Positions 29,909 to 40,286 of a DNA stretch of 64,000 nucleotides are shown here, one piece after another. The first letter of the stretch is position 1; every line of letters starts with the position of its first letter. The notes beneath the pieces were generated by a model that was given only the letters and a program-made list of their open reading frames with translations, did no database searches and had not been told where the DNA came from. Where the stretch lies: the NCBI GenBank assembly GCA_963621995.1, contig CAVFFZ010000001.1, positions 134,522 to 198,521 on the forward strand, written 5' to 3'. The position numbers and the translations under genes were made by a program. This DNA comes from Lachnospiraceae bacterium. GTDB lineage: Bacteria; Bacillota; Clostridia; TANB77; CAG-508.

Positions 29909-31906
29909 CTATTTTGCCATATCTTCAAATTCTTTTTCTGTTATAATTGTTATTCCTAGTTCTTGTGCTTTTGCAAGTTTTGAACCTGCATCTTCACCTG
30001 CTAGGACATATGATGTTTTTTTAGACACAGAAGATGATGTTTTTCCACCATATTTTTCTATTAAATCCTCTGCTTCTTTTCTAGAATATTTTTCTAGTGC
30101 TCCTGTTAATACAAAAATTTTTCCTTCAAAACGATTATCTATATTATCTTCTTGCAAACTTTCCATATTTACGCCTAAATTTTCAAGTTTTTTAATAATA
30201 TCTTTAGTTTGCTCTTGCGAAAAAAATTCTATAATGTTATTTGCTGTAATTTCTCCAATATCATCTGTTAAAGCTAAATTTTCAAAGCTTGCATTTGAAA
30301 GTTCTTCCATTGTTTTATATTTTTTTGCCAAAACTTTTGCTGCTTTAATTCCTACTTGCCTTATTCCTAATGCATTTATTACATGGAATAAGTCTTGTTT
30401 TTTGCTTTTTTCTATTGAATCTATCAAATTTTGAGCAAATTTCTTTCCATTTTTCTTTAATGATGCAACATCTTCTAAACTTAAAGTATAAATATCTGCT
30501 ATATTTTTTATTAAACCTTTTTCTATTAATTGTTCTACTATTTTATATCCTAGCCCATCTATATCCATTGCTTCTTTAGAGACAAAATGGACTATACTTC
30601 TTAAAAGTTGTGCAGGGCATTCTATTCCTATGCACCTTGTTGCAGCTTCGCCTTCTACTCTTACTGCTTGTGCTCCACATACTGGGCAAACTTTAGGCAT
30701 TTCAAATTCTTTTTCTTTCCCTGTTCTTTTTTCTTTTACAACTTTTATTACTTCTGGTATAACATCACCTTGTTTTTGAATAACAACTGTATCCCCAATT
30801 TTTAAGTCTTTTTCTTTTATAAAGTCTTCGTTGTGAAGTGTTGTTTTTGATATTGTTGAGCCTGCAACTTTTACTGGCTCTAATATTGCCATTGGCGTTA
30901 TTACACCGGTTCTTCCTACTTGGCAAACTATATCTTTTAATATAGTTTCTTTTGCTTCTGGTGGATATTTGTAAGCTATTGCCCACTTTGGTGTTTTGTA
31001 TGTTGTTCCTAATTTTTCTCTAAACGAAAGTGAATCTACTTTTACAACTGCGCCATCTATACCAAATGATAAGTTTTCCCTATCTTCCCCTATTTTATTA
31101 ATTGCTTCTTCTACTTCTTGTTGATTTTTGCATAATATTCTTACAGGATTTACATTAAAGCCTAATTTTTCTAAATAATTTAGTTCATCATAATGTGAAT
31201 TAAATTTACCATCATCCCATTTTTGTACATTAAATATAAATATATCTAATGGTCTTTCTTCTGTTACTTTTGAATTTAATTGCCTTAAAGAACCTGCCGC
31301 TGCATTTCTTGCATTTGCAAATAATTTTTTTCCTAATACTTCTTGTTCTTCGTTTAATTTTTCAAATTCTTTTGTTCCAATAAAAACTTCTCCACGCACA
31401 GTTATTGTTACTTTTTCGTTTAACACTTTTGGAATACTTTTTATAGTTCTCAAATTATCTGTAACATCTTCTCCAATTAAGCCATTTCCTCTTGTTGCTC
31501 CTCTTACAAACACACCATCTACATATTCTAAAGCTGTTGATAAACCATCAATTTTAGTTTCTACAACATAACGTAATTCTTCATTTTCTTCTATTGCTTG
31601 TTTTTTTATTCTATCATCAAATTCTCTTAGTTCTTCAAAAGAAAATACATCTTGAAGACTTTGAAGTGGTACTTCATGAACTACTTCTTTAAAACCTTCT
31701 TTAACATGTCCACCTACTTTTTGTGTTAATGAATCCTTGGTTATAAGCTCTGGGAACTCTTTTTCTAAAGCTTTTAGTCTATTCATCATCATGTCGTACT
31801 TGTAGTCTGTTATTTCTGGCTTGTCCTCATCATAATATTTATTGGCATAATACTCTAATTTTTCTCTTAATTCTTTTATTTGTTTTTTAGCTTCTTCTAA
31901 ATTCAT
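29909..31906 (-). CDS. ligA: NAD-dependent DNA ligase LigA
   Basis: KIDGLS adenylation motif, four-Cys zinc finger (CPVCGAQAVRVEGEAATRCIGIECPAQ), HhH and BRCT regions. Confidence 0.95.
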   Translation of the reverse strand: MNLEEAKKQIKELREKLEYYANKYYDEDKPEITDYKYDMMMNRLKALEKEFPELITKDSLTQKVGGHVKEGFKEVVHEVPLQSLQDVFSFEELREFDDRIKKQAIEENEELRYVVETKIDGLSTALEYVDGVFVRGATRGNGLIGEDVTDNLRTIKSIPKVLNEKVTITVRGEVFIGTKEFEKLNEEQEVLGKKLFANARNAAAGSLRQLNSKVTEERPLDIFIFNVQKWDDGKFNSHYDELNYLEKLGFNVNPVRILCKNQQEVEEAINKIGEDRENLSFGIDGAVVKVDSLSFREKLGTTYKTPKWAIAYKYPPEAKETILKDIVCQVGRTGVITPMAILEPVKVAGSTISKTTLHNEDFIKEKDLKIGDTVVIQKQGDVIPEVIKVVKEKRTGKEKEFEMPKVCPVCGAQAVRVEGEAATRCIGIECPAQLLRSIVHFVSKEAMDIDGLGYKIVEQLIEKGLIKNIADIYTLSLEDVASLKKNGKKFAQNLIDSIEKSKKQDLFHVINALGIRQVGIKAAKVLAKKYKTMEELSNASFENLALTDDIGEITANNIIEFFSQEQTKDIIKKLENLGVNMESLQEDNIDNRFEGKIFVLTGALEKYSRKEAEDLIEKYGGKTSSSVSKKTSYVLAGEDAGSKLAKAQELGITIITEKEFEDMAK

Positions 31907-32125
31907 TTTTTCCTCCTAGGAAACTTTAAAATAAAATGTTTTCAAAATTTCTTTTTTTATTATATACAAAAGATAAAAAAAAATAAATAGTATTTTTTAA
32001 TATCCTGTAAAATTTTAATTTTCTCTTACACCTTGCAGTTACTTTACAAAATTGCATTTACTTTTTTACTTCATGGAATTTTTAATTTGGTTCATTTTTC
32101 CCTTTCTAACTATATAACCTCTATG

Positions 32126-32650
32126 CTATGCATAAAAACCGTATAAAATTTCTTCTTCATTTACATTATTTTCTTTCATGTAATCATCACATCTTTTTTC
32201 TAGTAATTTAAAATTGCAACATCTATCTTGTAAGTCTTTGTTGGCATGTCCATTTGAAATTATATAATATAAATTTCTTGCTCTATTTTGAATTCGTAAA
32301 GTATTTAAATCAATCCAATTCATTTGATTTATAATCATATTTTTATATTTTATATCCTCTATTTTATCTATTTCTATTTTTTCTAAATAACTACTTGGTA
32401 TAGGTATCATATTATTTAAATTTATTCCGCCTAGTCTACCATTATCTATTTTTAAAAAGTCTTGCATGTTTTTCATTATTAAATGTTTCTTTTTTGGTGA
32501 TGTTAAAGGTGCAAAAAAATTCTTACCATTTACATTTAGTATAACTCCTATAAATGGTCTATTTTCCTTTTCATTTTCTATGTATGGTATTTTAGGTTCA
32601 TAATAATGTAAATAATTACAATATTCTATATCTGCTTTGTATAAATTCAT
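32126..32650 (-). CDS. toxN: ToxN/AbiQ-family endoribonuclease toxin (type III TA toxin fold); the likely start is MNLYKADIEY
   Basis: PFIGVILNVNGKNFFAPLTSPKKKH, LGGINLNNMIPI and CNFKLLEKRCDDY align with ToxN (AFIGIVLEIQGHKYLAPLTSPKKWH; LGLINLKFMIPI; CDFAVLEEKYRDY). Confidence 0.8.
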   Translation of the reverse strand: MNLYKADIEYCNYLHYYEPKIPYIENEKENRPFIGVILNVNGKNFFAPLTSPKKKHLIMKNMQDFLKIDNGRLGGINLNNMIPIPSSYLEKIEIDKIEDIKYKNMIINQMNWIDLNTLRIQNRARNLYYIISNGHANKDLQDRCCNFKLLEKRCDDYMKENNVNEEEILYGFYA

Positions 32651-32749
32651 ATTACAATGCATAATTAAAACATTTAAAATACTTTAATTATTTGCTCCTT
32701 TCCTTTTTATTTTTTACTTTCTAGGCATTATTAATAAAAGTCAAAATCT

Positions 32750-32959
32750 TTATAGATTTGCACTTTTGTGTATTATTCTTTTTATTATAACTAATTTTTC
32801 TTTTTTCTGGATTTCATAAAAGATTAAAGAATTTTTATAGATTTTAAATCTGTTTTTAGTTTTTTTATATTTAACCCCTATATATGGAAAATAAGATAAA
32901 TTATAAATCGATTTTTCTATATCTATTCTAAAATTTTCTGCTGCTATTGGATTTTTCAA
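32750..32959 (-). CDS. RelE/ParE-superfamily toxin-like protein, short
   Basis: C-terminal block KNSLIFYEIQKKEKLVIIKRIIHKS resembles the ParE/RelE YRIIYxI...VxIxRIxHRK pattern. Confidence 0.5.
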   Translation of the reverse strand: MKNPIAAENFRIDIEKSIYNLSYFPYIGVKYKKTKNRFKIYKNSLIFYEIQKKEKLVIIKRIIHKSANL

Positions 32960-33012
32960 TTTAATTTTAATATAATTTGAAATTCGATTTATATTCTTTA
33001 TCGATAAATTTG

Positions 33013-33204
33013 CTATACTCTACGATGTAGTTTATAATATTTTTCTCCTAAAAGTTGCCCCCAAACTTCATCATGTGAATATAATTTATTTCCATTCCTT
33101 TTTTGTTCTTCATCTACTTCTGCTAGTAGTCTGTCTATTCTATCTTCTTCCTCTTTTGTAAAGAATGCTTCATTTCCTACAATTCGCATATGTATTTTCT
33201 CCAT
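33013..33204 (-). CDS. Small antitoxin-like protein (63 aa) heading the three-gene module
   Basis: Its position and size are typical of a type II antitoxin upstream of a ParE/RelE gene. No specific family recognised. Confidence 0.35.
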   Translation of the reverse strand: MEKIHMRIVGNEAFFTKEEEDRIDRLLAEVDEEQKRNGNKLYSHDEVWGQLLGEKYYKLHRRV

Positions 33205-33377
33205 CCATTTTTTTGTTTAATTCTATATCATTTTTACTTATAAGTCAATTATTTTTATGTAAATTCTCAAAGAAATTTTCGACAAATTTCATCATAAAAC
33301 ATTATCTTATAGCCGTGTTCCAAAACCGAGAAAAAGTAACAATTATGGACTGTCCCCAATTGCTACTTTCTTACTTC

Positions 33378-35993
33378 TTATGACATTTTTTCTTTAATTT
33401 TAACCAATGTGTTTAGTGCATCTATTGGTGTTAATACGTTTAAGTCTATTTTATCTATCTCTTGTGCAAGTTCTGCTAATTTATAGTTGCCCATATCTAA
33501 TTGTCCTTCAACTTGCTTTTTACTTTCTATTTGTTTTCCATTTAAGATATTTTTTCTTTCTAATGAACGTAATATTTCATTTGCTCTTTTAGTTACATCT
33601 TTTGGAACTCCTGCTAAACGTGCAACATGAACGCCATAACTTTCATCTGTTCCACCATTTACTATTTTTCTTAAAAAGATAATGTCTTCTCCTTTTTCTT
33701 TAACGGCTATAGAATAATTTTTTATTCCTTCTAATTTGTTTTCTAAGTCTGTTAATTCATGATAATGTGTTGCAAATAGTGTTTTCGCACCACATCTTTC
33801 TTTGTCTGCTATGTATTCTGCGACAGCCCATGCAATAGAAAGTCCATCATATGTAGAAGTTCCTCTTCCTATTTCGTCAAGTATTACTAAACTATTTGAA
33901 GTTGCATTTTTTAGTATTGTCGCTACTTCCATCATTTCTACCATAAAAGTACTCTGTCCCATACTTAAATCGTCTGAAGCACCGACTCTTGTAAATATTT
34001 TGTCTACAACTCCTATTTTTGCATAACTTGCAGGAACAAATGAACCTATTTGAGCCATTAGTGTAATTAATGCTACTTGTCTCATATATGTAGATTTACC
34101 TGCCATATTAGGTCCTGTAATTATCGCAAGTCTTGAATCTGCTTTATCTAAATATGTATCATTTTGAACAAAACTTCCTGATGGTAACATTTTTTCTATA
34201 ACAGGATGACGTCCGTCTTTTATATCTATTACTCCACTATTATCAACTATTGGTTCTACATAGTTCATATCTTCTGCAACTTGTGCTAATGAGCATAAAA
34301 CGTCTAATATAGAAATTACTTCTGATGATTTTTGTATTCTTCTTATTTTTCCTTCTATATCGTTTCTTATTTCAACAAACGCATTATATTCTAAGTTTAT
34401 AACTCTTTCTTCTGCACCTAAAATTTGATTTTCCAAATTTTTAAGTTCTTCTGTTATGTATCTTTCACCATTTGTTAATGTTTGTTTACGAATATATCTG
34501 TCTGGCACTAAATTCATATTTGATTTTGTTACTTCTAAATAATAACCAAATACTCTATTAAATCCTATTTTTAAGCCTTTTATTCCTGTTTGTTCTCTTT
34601 CTTTTGCTTCCAACTCAACTAGCCATGTTTTTCCTTGTGTTGATGCTTTTTTTAGTTGGTCTATTTCTTCATTATAGCCTACTTTTATTAAATTTCCTTC
34701 TTTTATTGACATTGGTGGTTCATCTACAATTGCTTCTTCTATTAAGTCATGAATATCTGTTAATTCGTCTAAATTTTCATATAAGTGTCTTAATAATTTT
34801 GCATTTGTATTTTCCAATACTTTTTTAACTAAAGGAAGTTGCTTTGTTGAATTTTTAAGAGAAATCATATCTCTACCTGTTGCATTTCCATATGCTATTC
34901 TTCCAGCTAGTCGTTCCATATCATAAACTTTTTTAAGAGCTTCTATAGCATCTCCTCTTAAAATGATATTATCTTTTAGTTCTTTTACCGCTTCTAATCT
35001 GTTATTTATCTCCCATACATCTACTAATGGGTCATTAAGCCATCTTCTAAGCATTCTACCTCCCATTGATGTAGAAGTTTTGTCTAAAACCCACAAAAGC
35101 GTACCTTTTTTAGATTTATCTCTCATTTTTTCTGTTATTTCTAAGTTTCTTCTTGCACTAATATCTAATGACATATATTTTGTAGTAGTATAAACTATTA
35201 TTTTATTTATATGGTCTAAATTAGTTTTCTGTGTTTCTATTAAATACTCTAATAATCCATTTATTGAAGATACTATTAATTCTTTATCTTCTAAGCTTTC
35301 TATTTTTTCTTCATGGTCATTTGCAAATAAATAGTTTTGTAATAATTTTTCTGTATCTTTTGAAAAAGCTTCTTCTTTTACTCTTGAAATATATACTTCA
35401 AAACGTTCTTTTATTTTAGATATTTCTTCTAAAGAATCATACATGAAAGGGTTTACTATTATTTCTGCAGGATTAAACTTAGAAATTTCATCTAATAATT
35501 TTGGAAAATTATTATTTTCTGCAATTTGCGTTGTTCTAAAATCACCTGTTGAAACGTCGCAAACACTTACTCCATAATATAAACCTGTTTTGTATACACT
35601 CATTATATAATTATTTTTCTTTTCGTCTAATAAATTACTTTCTATAACGGTTCCTGGCGTTACTACACGAATAACCCCTCTTTTAACAATTCCTTTTGCT
35701 TGTTTTGGATCTTCTAATTGTTCACAAATGGCAACTTTATAACCTTTTTCAATCAGTTTTGCAATATATGTATCTGCAGCATGAAATGGAATACCACACA
35801 TCGGCGCACGCTCTTCTTGTCCACATAGCTTACCTGTAAGTGTCAGTTCTAATTCCTTTGATGCTTTAATTGCATCATCAAAAAACATTTCATAAAAGTC
35901 ACCTAAACGATAGAATAATATACAATCTTGATATTCTTCTTTTGTATTTAAGTATTCTTGCATCATAGGTGAAAATTCTGATTTTTCTGCCAT
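33378..35993 (-). CDS. mutS: DNA mismatch repair protein MutS
   Basis: N-terminal mismatch-binding domain (PMMQEYLNTKEEYQDCILFYRLGDFYEMFFDDA) and Walker A GPNMAGKSTYMRQ. Confidence 0.95.
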   Translation of the reverse strand: MAEKSEFSPMMQEYLNTKEEYQDCILFYRLGDFYEMFFDDAIKASKELELTLTGKLCGQEERAPMCGIPFHAADTYIAKLIEKGYKVAICEQLEDPKQAKGIVKRGVIRVVTPGTVIESNLLDEKKNNYIMSVYKTGLYYGVSVCDVSTGDFRTTQIAENNNFPKLLDEISKFNPAEIIVNPFMYDSLEEISKIKERFEVYISRVKEEAFSKDTEKLLQNYLFANDHEEKIESLEDKELIVSSINGLLEYLIETQKTNLDHINKIIVYTTTKYMSLDISARRNLEITEKMRDKSKKGTLLWVLDKTSTSMGGRMLRRWLNDPLVDVWEINNRLEAVKELKDNIILRGDAIEALKKVYDMERLAGRIAYGNATGRDMISLKNSTKQLPLVKKVLENTNAKLLRHLYENLDELTDIHDLIEEAIVDEPPMSIKEGNLIKVGYNEEIDQLKKASTQGKTWLVELEAKEREQTGIKGLKIGFNRVFGYYLEVTKSNMNLVPDRYIRKQTLTNGERYITEELKNLENQILGAEERVINLEYNAFVEIRNDIEGKIRRIQKSSEVISILDVLCSLAQVAEDMNYVEPIVDNSGVIDIKDGRHPVIEKMLPSGSFVQNDTYLDKADSRLAIITGPNMAGKSTYMRQVALITLMAQIGSFVPASYAKIGVVDKIFTRVGASDDLSMGQSTFMVEMMEVATILKNATSNSLVILDEIGRGTSTYDGLSIAWAVAEYIADKERCGAKTLFATHYHELTDLENKLEGIKNYSIAVKEKGEDIIFLRKIVNGGTDESYGVHVARLAGVPKDVTKRANEILRSLERKNILNGKQIESKKQVEGQLDMGNYKLAELAQEIDKIDLNVLTPIDALNTLVKIKEKMS

Positions 35994-36101
35994 CTTTTAT
36001 TACTCCTTTATTTGTATTTTCTATATTATTTTTTGTAACTTTTTGTACCTGTTCTGCTTTTTTAACTTTTTTACTTAAGTCGATAAAAACATAATTAAGC
36101 A

Positions 36102-36154
36102 GGAATGTCCCCTATGTTCCGAATTTGGAACGAAAAGGACCGTCCCTAGTGTTC
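36102..36154. repeat. 55-nt compound palindromic element, copy 3. It overlaps the miaB stop codon and its last three codons.
   Basis: GGAATGTCCCCTATGTTCCGAATTTGGAACGAAAAGGACCGTCCCTAGTGTTC. The miaB TAG lies at 36146-36148 inside the element. Confidence 0.7.
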
Positions 36155-37561
36155 TCCTTTTAAATACCACATATGTTCGGAAATTATTTTTACATCTATC
36201 ATTTTTCCTATTAGACTTTCGTTTCCTTCAAAAACAACTACTTTATTTGAATCTGTTCTACCTGTTAACATTTCTTCATTGTTTTTGCTTGTTCCTTCAA
36301 CAAATATTTTTTGCACTGTTCCTATATATGTTTGATTATTTTCAGCTATTTGACTTTCTACTAGAGCTTTTAGTTTGTCAAAATTCTTATGTTTTATTTC
36401 TTCTGGTATTTGGTTTTCCATTTTATCTGCTGGTGTTCCAACTCTTCTTGAATATATAAACATAAATACTTGTTCAAATTTTACTTTTCTTACCACATCT
36501 AGTGTGTCTTCAAATTCTTCTGCAGTCTCTCCTGGGAACCCTACTATTATGTCTGTTGTAAATCTTACATTTGGTATTTTTTCTCTTATTTTATTTACTA
36601 AATCTAAATATTGTTCTTTAGTATATTTTCTATTCATTCTTTTTAATACTTCTGTACTTCCAGATTGAAGAGGTAAATGTACTAATTTGCAAACTTTATC
36701 GCAATCACGTATTGCTTCTATTACGTCATTTGTAAAATCCTTTGGGTGTGGTGATACAAAGCGTATTCTGTCTATTCCATCAATTTTATTTACTGCTCTT
36801 AAAAGTGTTGCAAATGAGTTGATTCCTTCATATTCTTCAAATTCTATATTTTTTTCACGTTCTACTCTTAAGTATGAATTAACATTTTGACCTAAAAGTG
36901 TCACTTCTTTATATCCTTGTTTAACTAAATCTCTTATTTCTTCTATTATATCCCTTGGATTTCTACTTCTTTCTCTTCCTCTCACATATGGAACTATACA
37001 ATATGTACAGAAGTTATTACATCCATTCATAATTGTAACAGATGCTTTAGTTTTATCATTTCTAGAAATAGGTAGTCCTTCTATAACCTCACCATCTATA
37101 TCTAATATATCTCTTATTTTTCTATTTTCTTCTATTGATTCATATAAGTCTTTTGGAAATTTATGAAGTGTATGTGTACCCAATATTATATCTACATATG
37201 GATAACTTTCTTTTAACTTTTTAATAATATGTTCTTCTTGCATCATACAGCCACCAATTGCAATAATTGTACCTTTTTCTTCTTTTTGTTTTTTTACTTC
37301 TCCTACTTTTCCAAAAAGTTTTTCCTCTGCATTCTCACGTACACAACATGTATTAAATAAAACTAAATCTGCCTCTTTCATATTTTCTGTTCTTGCATAA
37401 TTCATTTTTTCAAGCATACCACATAATTTTTCAGAATCATTTTCATTTAATTGGCATCCCATTGTCATTATGTAGTATTTTAAATTTTTATTTTTATTTT
37501 CATTTATTTTATTTACTTTTTCTATATATTTTAGCTCTTCATCTATATTTACTGGTTTCAC
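36146..37561 (-). CDS. miaB: tRNA-i6A37 methylthiotransferase MiaB (radical SAM MTTase)
   Basis: MTTase N-terminal domain (MTMGCQLNENDSEKLCGML), rSAM CNNFCTYC motif and TRAM domain. Confidence 0.85.
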   Translation of the reverse strand: MKPVNIDEELKYIEKVNKINENKNKNLKYYIMTMGCQLNENDSEKLCGMLEKMNYARTENMKEADLVLFNTCCVRENAEEKLFGKVGEVKKQKEEKGTIIAIGGCMMQEEHIIKKLKESYPYVDIILGTHTLHKFPKDLYESIEENRKIRDILDIDGEVIEGLPISRNDKTKASVTIMNGCNNFCTYCIVPYVRGRERSRNPRDIIEEIRDLVKQGYKEVTLLGQNVNSYLRVEREKNIEFEEYEGINSFATLLRAVNKIDGIDRIRFVSPHPKDFTNDVIEAIRDCDKVCKLVHLPLQSGSTEVLKRMNRKYTKEQYLDLVNKIREKIPNVRFTTDIIVGFPGETAEEFEDTLDVVRKVKFEQVFMFIYSRRVGTPADKMENQIPEEIKHKNFDKLKALVESQIAENNQTYIGTVQKIFVEGTSKNNEEMLTGRTDSNKVVVFEGNESLIGKMIDVKIISEHMWYLKGEH

Positions 37562-37690
37562 TTTTTTCTCCTTGTTTTCTACTTTTTTACTTGCCTATTA
37601 TATATTAATTTTAGTTTTTTTTCAATAGAAAAAGCCTATAAATTTCGGCACAAAAAAAGAATGGTTGATTTCCATTCTAATTTATACTTC

Positions 37691-37891
37691 TTATTGAAGT
37701 CCATATTTTTTCTTGAATTTATCTGCTCTACCACCAGTTGTTTCTCTTTTTAGGTTACCTGTCCAATATGGATGACATTTTGAACAAACGTCAACTTTCA
37801 TATCAGCTTTTGTTGAATTTGTTTTCATTACATTTCCACAAGCACATGTTATTGTTGCTTCTGTATATTCTGGGTGTATTCCTTCTTTCAT
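37691..37891 (-). CDS. rpmE: 50S ribosomal protein L31
   Basis: MKEGIHPEY...CACGN...CSKCHPYWTG matches L31 type A. Confidence 0.85.
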   Translation of the reverse strand: MKEGIHPEYTEATITCACGNVMKTNSTKADMKVDVCSKCHPYWTGNLKRETTGGRADKFKKKYGLQ

Positions 37892-37983
37892 TATGTATTC
37901 ACCTCTTCCTCTCTTTATTAACAAAATATCGTCATTTATAATAACATATTTTTTTAAATTTTTCAATACTTTTTTTGTTTTTT

Positions 37984-38139
37984 AATTATTTATTTTCCAT
38001 TTCTTGTTTTTGTACATATTGTGCTGATGCTTGCAATTCTTGTTCTAAAGAATTTTTATTTACAATCTTTATTACTACATTAAATAAGCATGCTACTAAT
38101 ACTACAAAAAGCAGTAATTTTTTCCAAATTTTAGCGACC
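37984..38139 (-). CDS. Unannotated small membrane protein (51 aa), MVAKIWKKLLLFVVLVACLFNVVIKIVNKNSLEQELQASAQYVQKQEMENK
   Basis: Good Shine-Dalgarno (GAGAGGGAAAGAAAATG), a single TM helix, below the ORF-track size cutoff. Confidence 0.4.
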
Positions 38140-38252
38140 ATTTTCTTTCCCTCTCAATTTGTTTTACATATTAATTATACTATATTTTTTTATTTTGTCA
38201 ACTGCTTATATTTTTTTACATTCTTGGATATACTACTCAAAGAGGAGTTTTT

Positions 38253-38945
38253 ATGAAAAAATATAGTTTTTTAATATGTATTATTATTGCTATTATAATT
38301 ATAGCCTTAATTTTTTTCTTTACAAATAAAAATAACAACAAAAATATTGAAGGTAATACTTTAAATATTCAAACTAATACTTCTACCCAAAGAACTTCAA
38401 CCAATGTTAATCAAGAAATAGCTGAAAATAGAATTACCAATATTATTGAAAATCAAAATGAAATTTCAGCTAATATTGCTAATAATAATTCAACTAATAA
38501 TGAAATTTCTTCTTACTCTACTGAACTTAAGGATAAATCTGAAGGTAGATTAGTAAATATTGGCATAACTTGTTCTACATTAAATGGTACTATTGTTCAT
38601 TCTGGAGAAACTTTTTCTTTCAATCAAGTTGTTGGAAAGCCTACTGCTGAAAGAGGATATCAAGAAGCTAGTGTAATTATAGATCATAAAACTGAAAAAG
38701 GCATTGGTGGTGGTAATTGTCAGGTAAGCAGTACTTTATATAATGCTGTGCTTGAAGCAGGTAATTTAACTATTATAGAAAGACATGAACATGGGAAAGA
38801 TGTAACTTACGTTCCCGATGGTAGAGATGCAGCCGTTTCTTATGGTTCTTTAGATTTTAAATTTCGTAATGATTTAAATTATGACATCCGTATAGAAGCC
38901 TCCACCGATAATAATTCTATTAGTATAATTCTTCTAAAAGCTTAA
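38253..38945 (+). CDS. VanW-domain protein
   Basis: Membrane anchor plus VanW-like block (TCSTLNGTIVHSGETFSFNQVVG...GGGNCQVSSTLYNAVLEAG). Confidence 0.7.
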   Translation: MKKYSFLICIIIAIIIIALIFFFTNKNNNKNIEGNTLNIQTNTSTQRTSTNVNQEIAENRITNIIENQNEISANIANNNSTNNEISSYSTELKDKSEGRLVNIGITCSTLNGTIVHSGETFSFNQVVGKPTAERGYQEASVIIDHKTEKGIGGGNCQVSSTLYNAVLEAGNLTIIERHEHGKDVTYVPDGRDAAVSYGSLDFKFRNDLNYDIRIEASTDNNSISIILLKA

Positions 38946-39078
38946 TTTTAATACTTTTTTCATTATATTTCATACACAAACGTAATGAAACTAAAAGATG
39001 TTTATAAATTTTATATTATAAACATTTTTTTAGTTTTTTTTCATATATATAAATTAACTAATATTGGAGGTTTTATTA

Positions 39079-40286
39079 TGAAAAAAATATTATATACAAT
39101 ACTATCTCTTTTTCTAGTATTTACGTTTTTGTTTACTCCTTGTAGCTTTGCCACTTCTTCTTTTATATGGTCAGAAGACACCTTCACTACTTCTACTACC
39201 CCAGATTCTACAAATCTTAATTTAGAATCTGAAAGTTGTATTTTAATAGAGCAGACTTCCGGAAAAATCTTATATGAAAAAAATTCTCATGAACAATTAC
39301 GACCTGCTTCTGTTACTAAAGTTATGACTATTTTACTTATTATGGAAGCTTTAGATAGTGGTAAAATTTCCTTAACTGATAAAGTACCCTGTAGTGAAAA
39401 TGCAAGTAAAATGGGTGGTTCTCAAATATGGCTTGATGTACGTGAAGAATTAACAGTAGATGAAATGTTAAAGGCAATTTGTGTTGTTTCTGCAAATGAT
39501 TGTACTGTTGCTATGGCTGAATTTTTAGCTGGTTCAACTGAAGCTTTCGTAGATAAAATGAATGCTCGTGCTAAAGAATTAGGAATGAATGGTACCTGTT
39601 TTAAAAATTGTCATGGTTTAGACGAAGATGGTCATTTAACATCTAGTTATGACATTTCTTTAATGTCTAGAGAACTATTGCAAAATCATCCTTCTATTAC
39701 AAAATATACTACTATTTGGATGGATTCTTTAAGAGATGGCAAATCAACTCTTACTAATACAAATAAATTGATTAGAAATTATAAAGGTGCAACTGGATTA
39801 AAAACTGGTTCTACTGGCCTTGCTCTATATAATTTATCTGCAAGTGCAACTAGAGATAATCTTTCACTTATCGCAGTTATTATGAAAGCTCCTTCTACTA
39901 AAATTCGTTTTGAAGAAGCTCAAAAATTACTAGACTATGGATTTAATAATTATTCATATGTACAATTTGCAAAAAAAGATTCTATTTTAAAATCCATAAA
40001 TGTTAGCAAGGGGGTGCTATCTTCTATAGATGTAGTTTACGAAAATGATTCTGGTTGCCTACTTGAAAAGGGAAAAGATAAAAAAATTGAACAAGTACTA
40101 AGTATTCCTGAATGTGTTAGTGCTCCTATTACTAAAGGTCAAAAATTAGGTGATATAACTTATTTTCTAGATGGCGAAGCTATAGCAAGTACAAATTTAA
40201 TTGCAGATAAAGATGTAAAAAAGGTAAATTTAAGTAATATGTTTGAATTTCTATTTTTCTCATGGTTTAGATTATTAAGAGAATAA
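39079..40286 (+). CDS. dacF: Serine-type D-Ala-D-Ala carboxypeptidase (DacF/PBP5-like)
   Basis: Signal peptide, SVTK (SxxK), SAND (SxN) and KTG motifs. Confidence 0.85.

Noticed and set aside
31907-33012. Searched upstream and downstream of toxN for toxI-type tandem ~36-nt repeats.
   Set aside because: None were seen by eye. The 87-bp upstream spacer is unique sequence and the rest is occupied by two protein ORFs. The absence is reported as a finding rather than forcing a toxI annotation.
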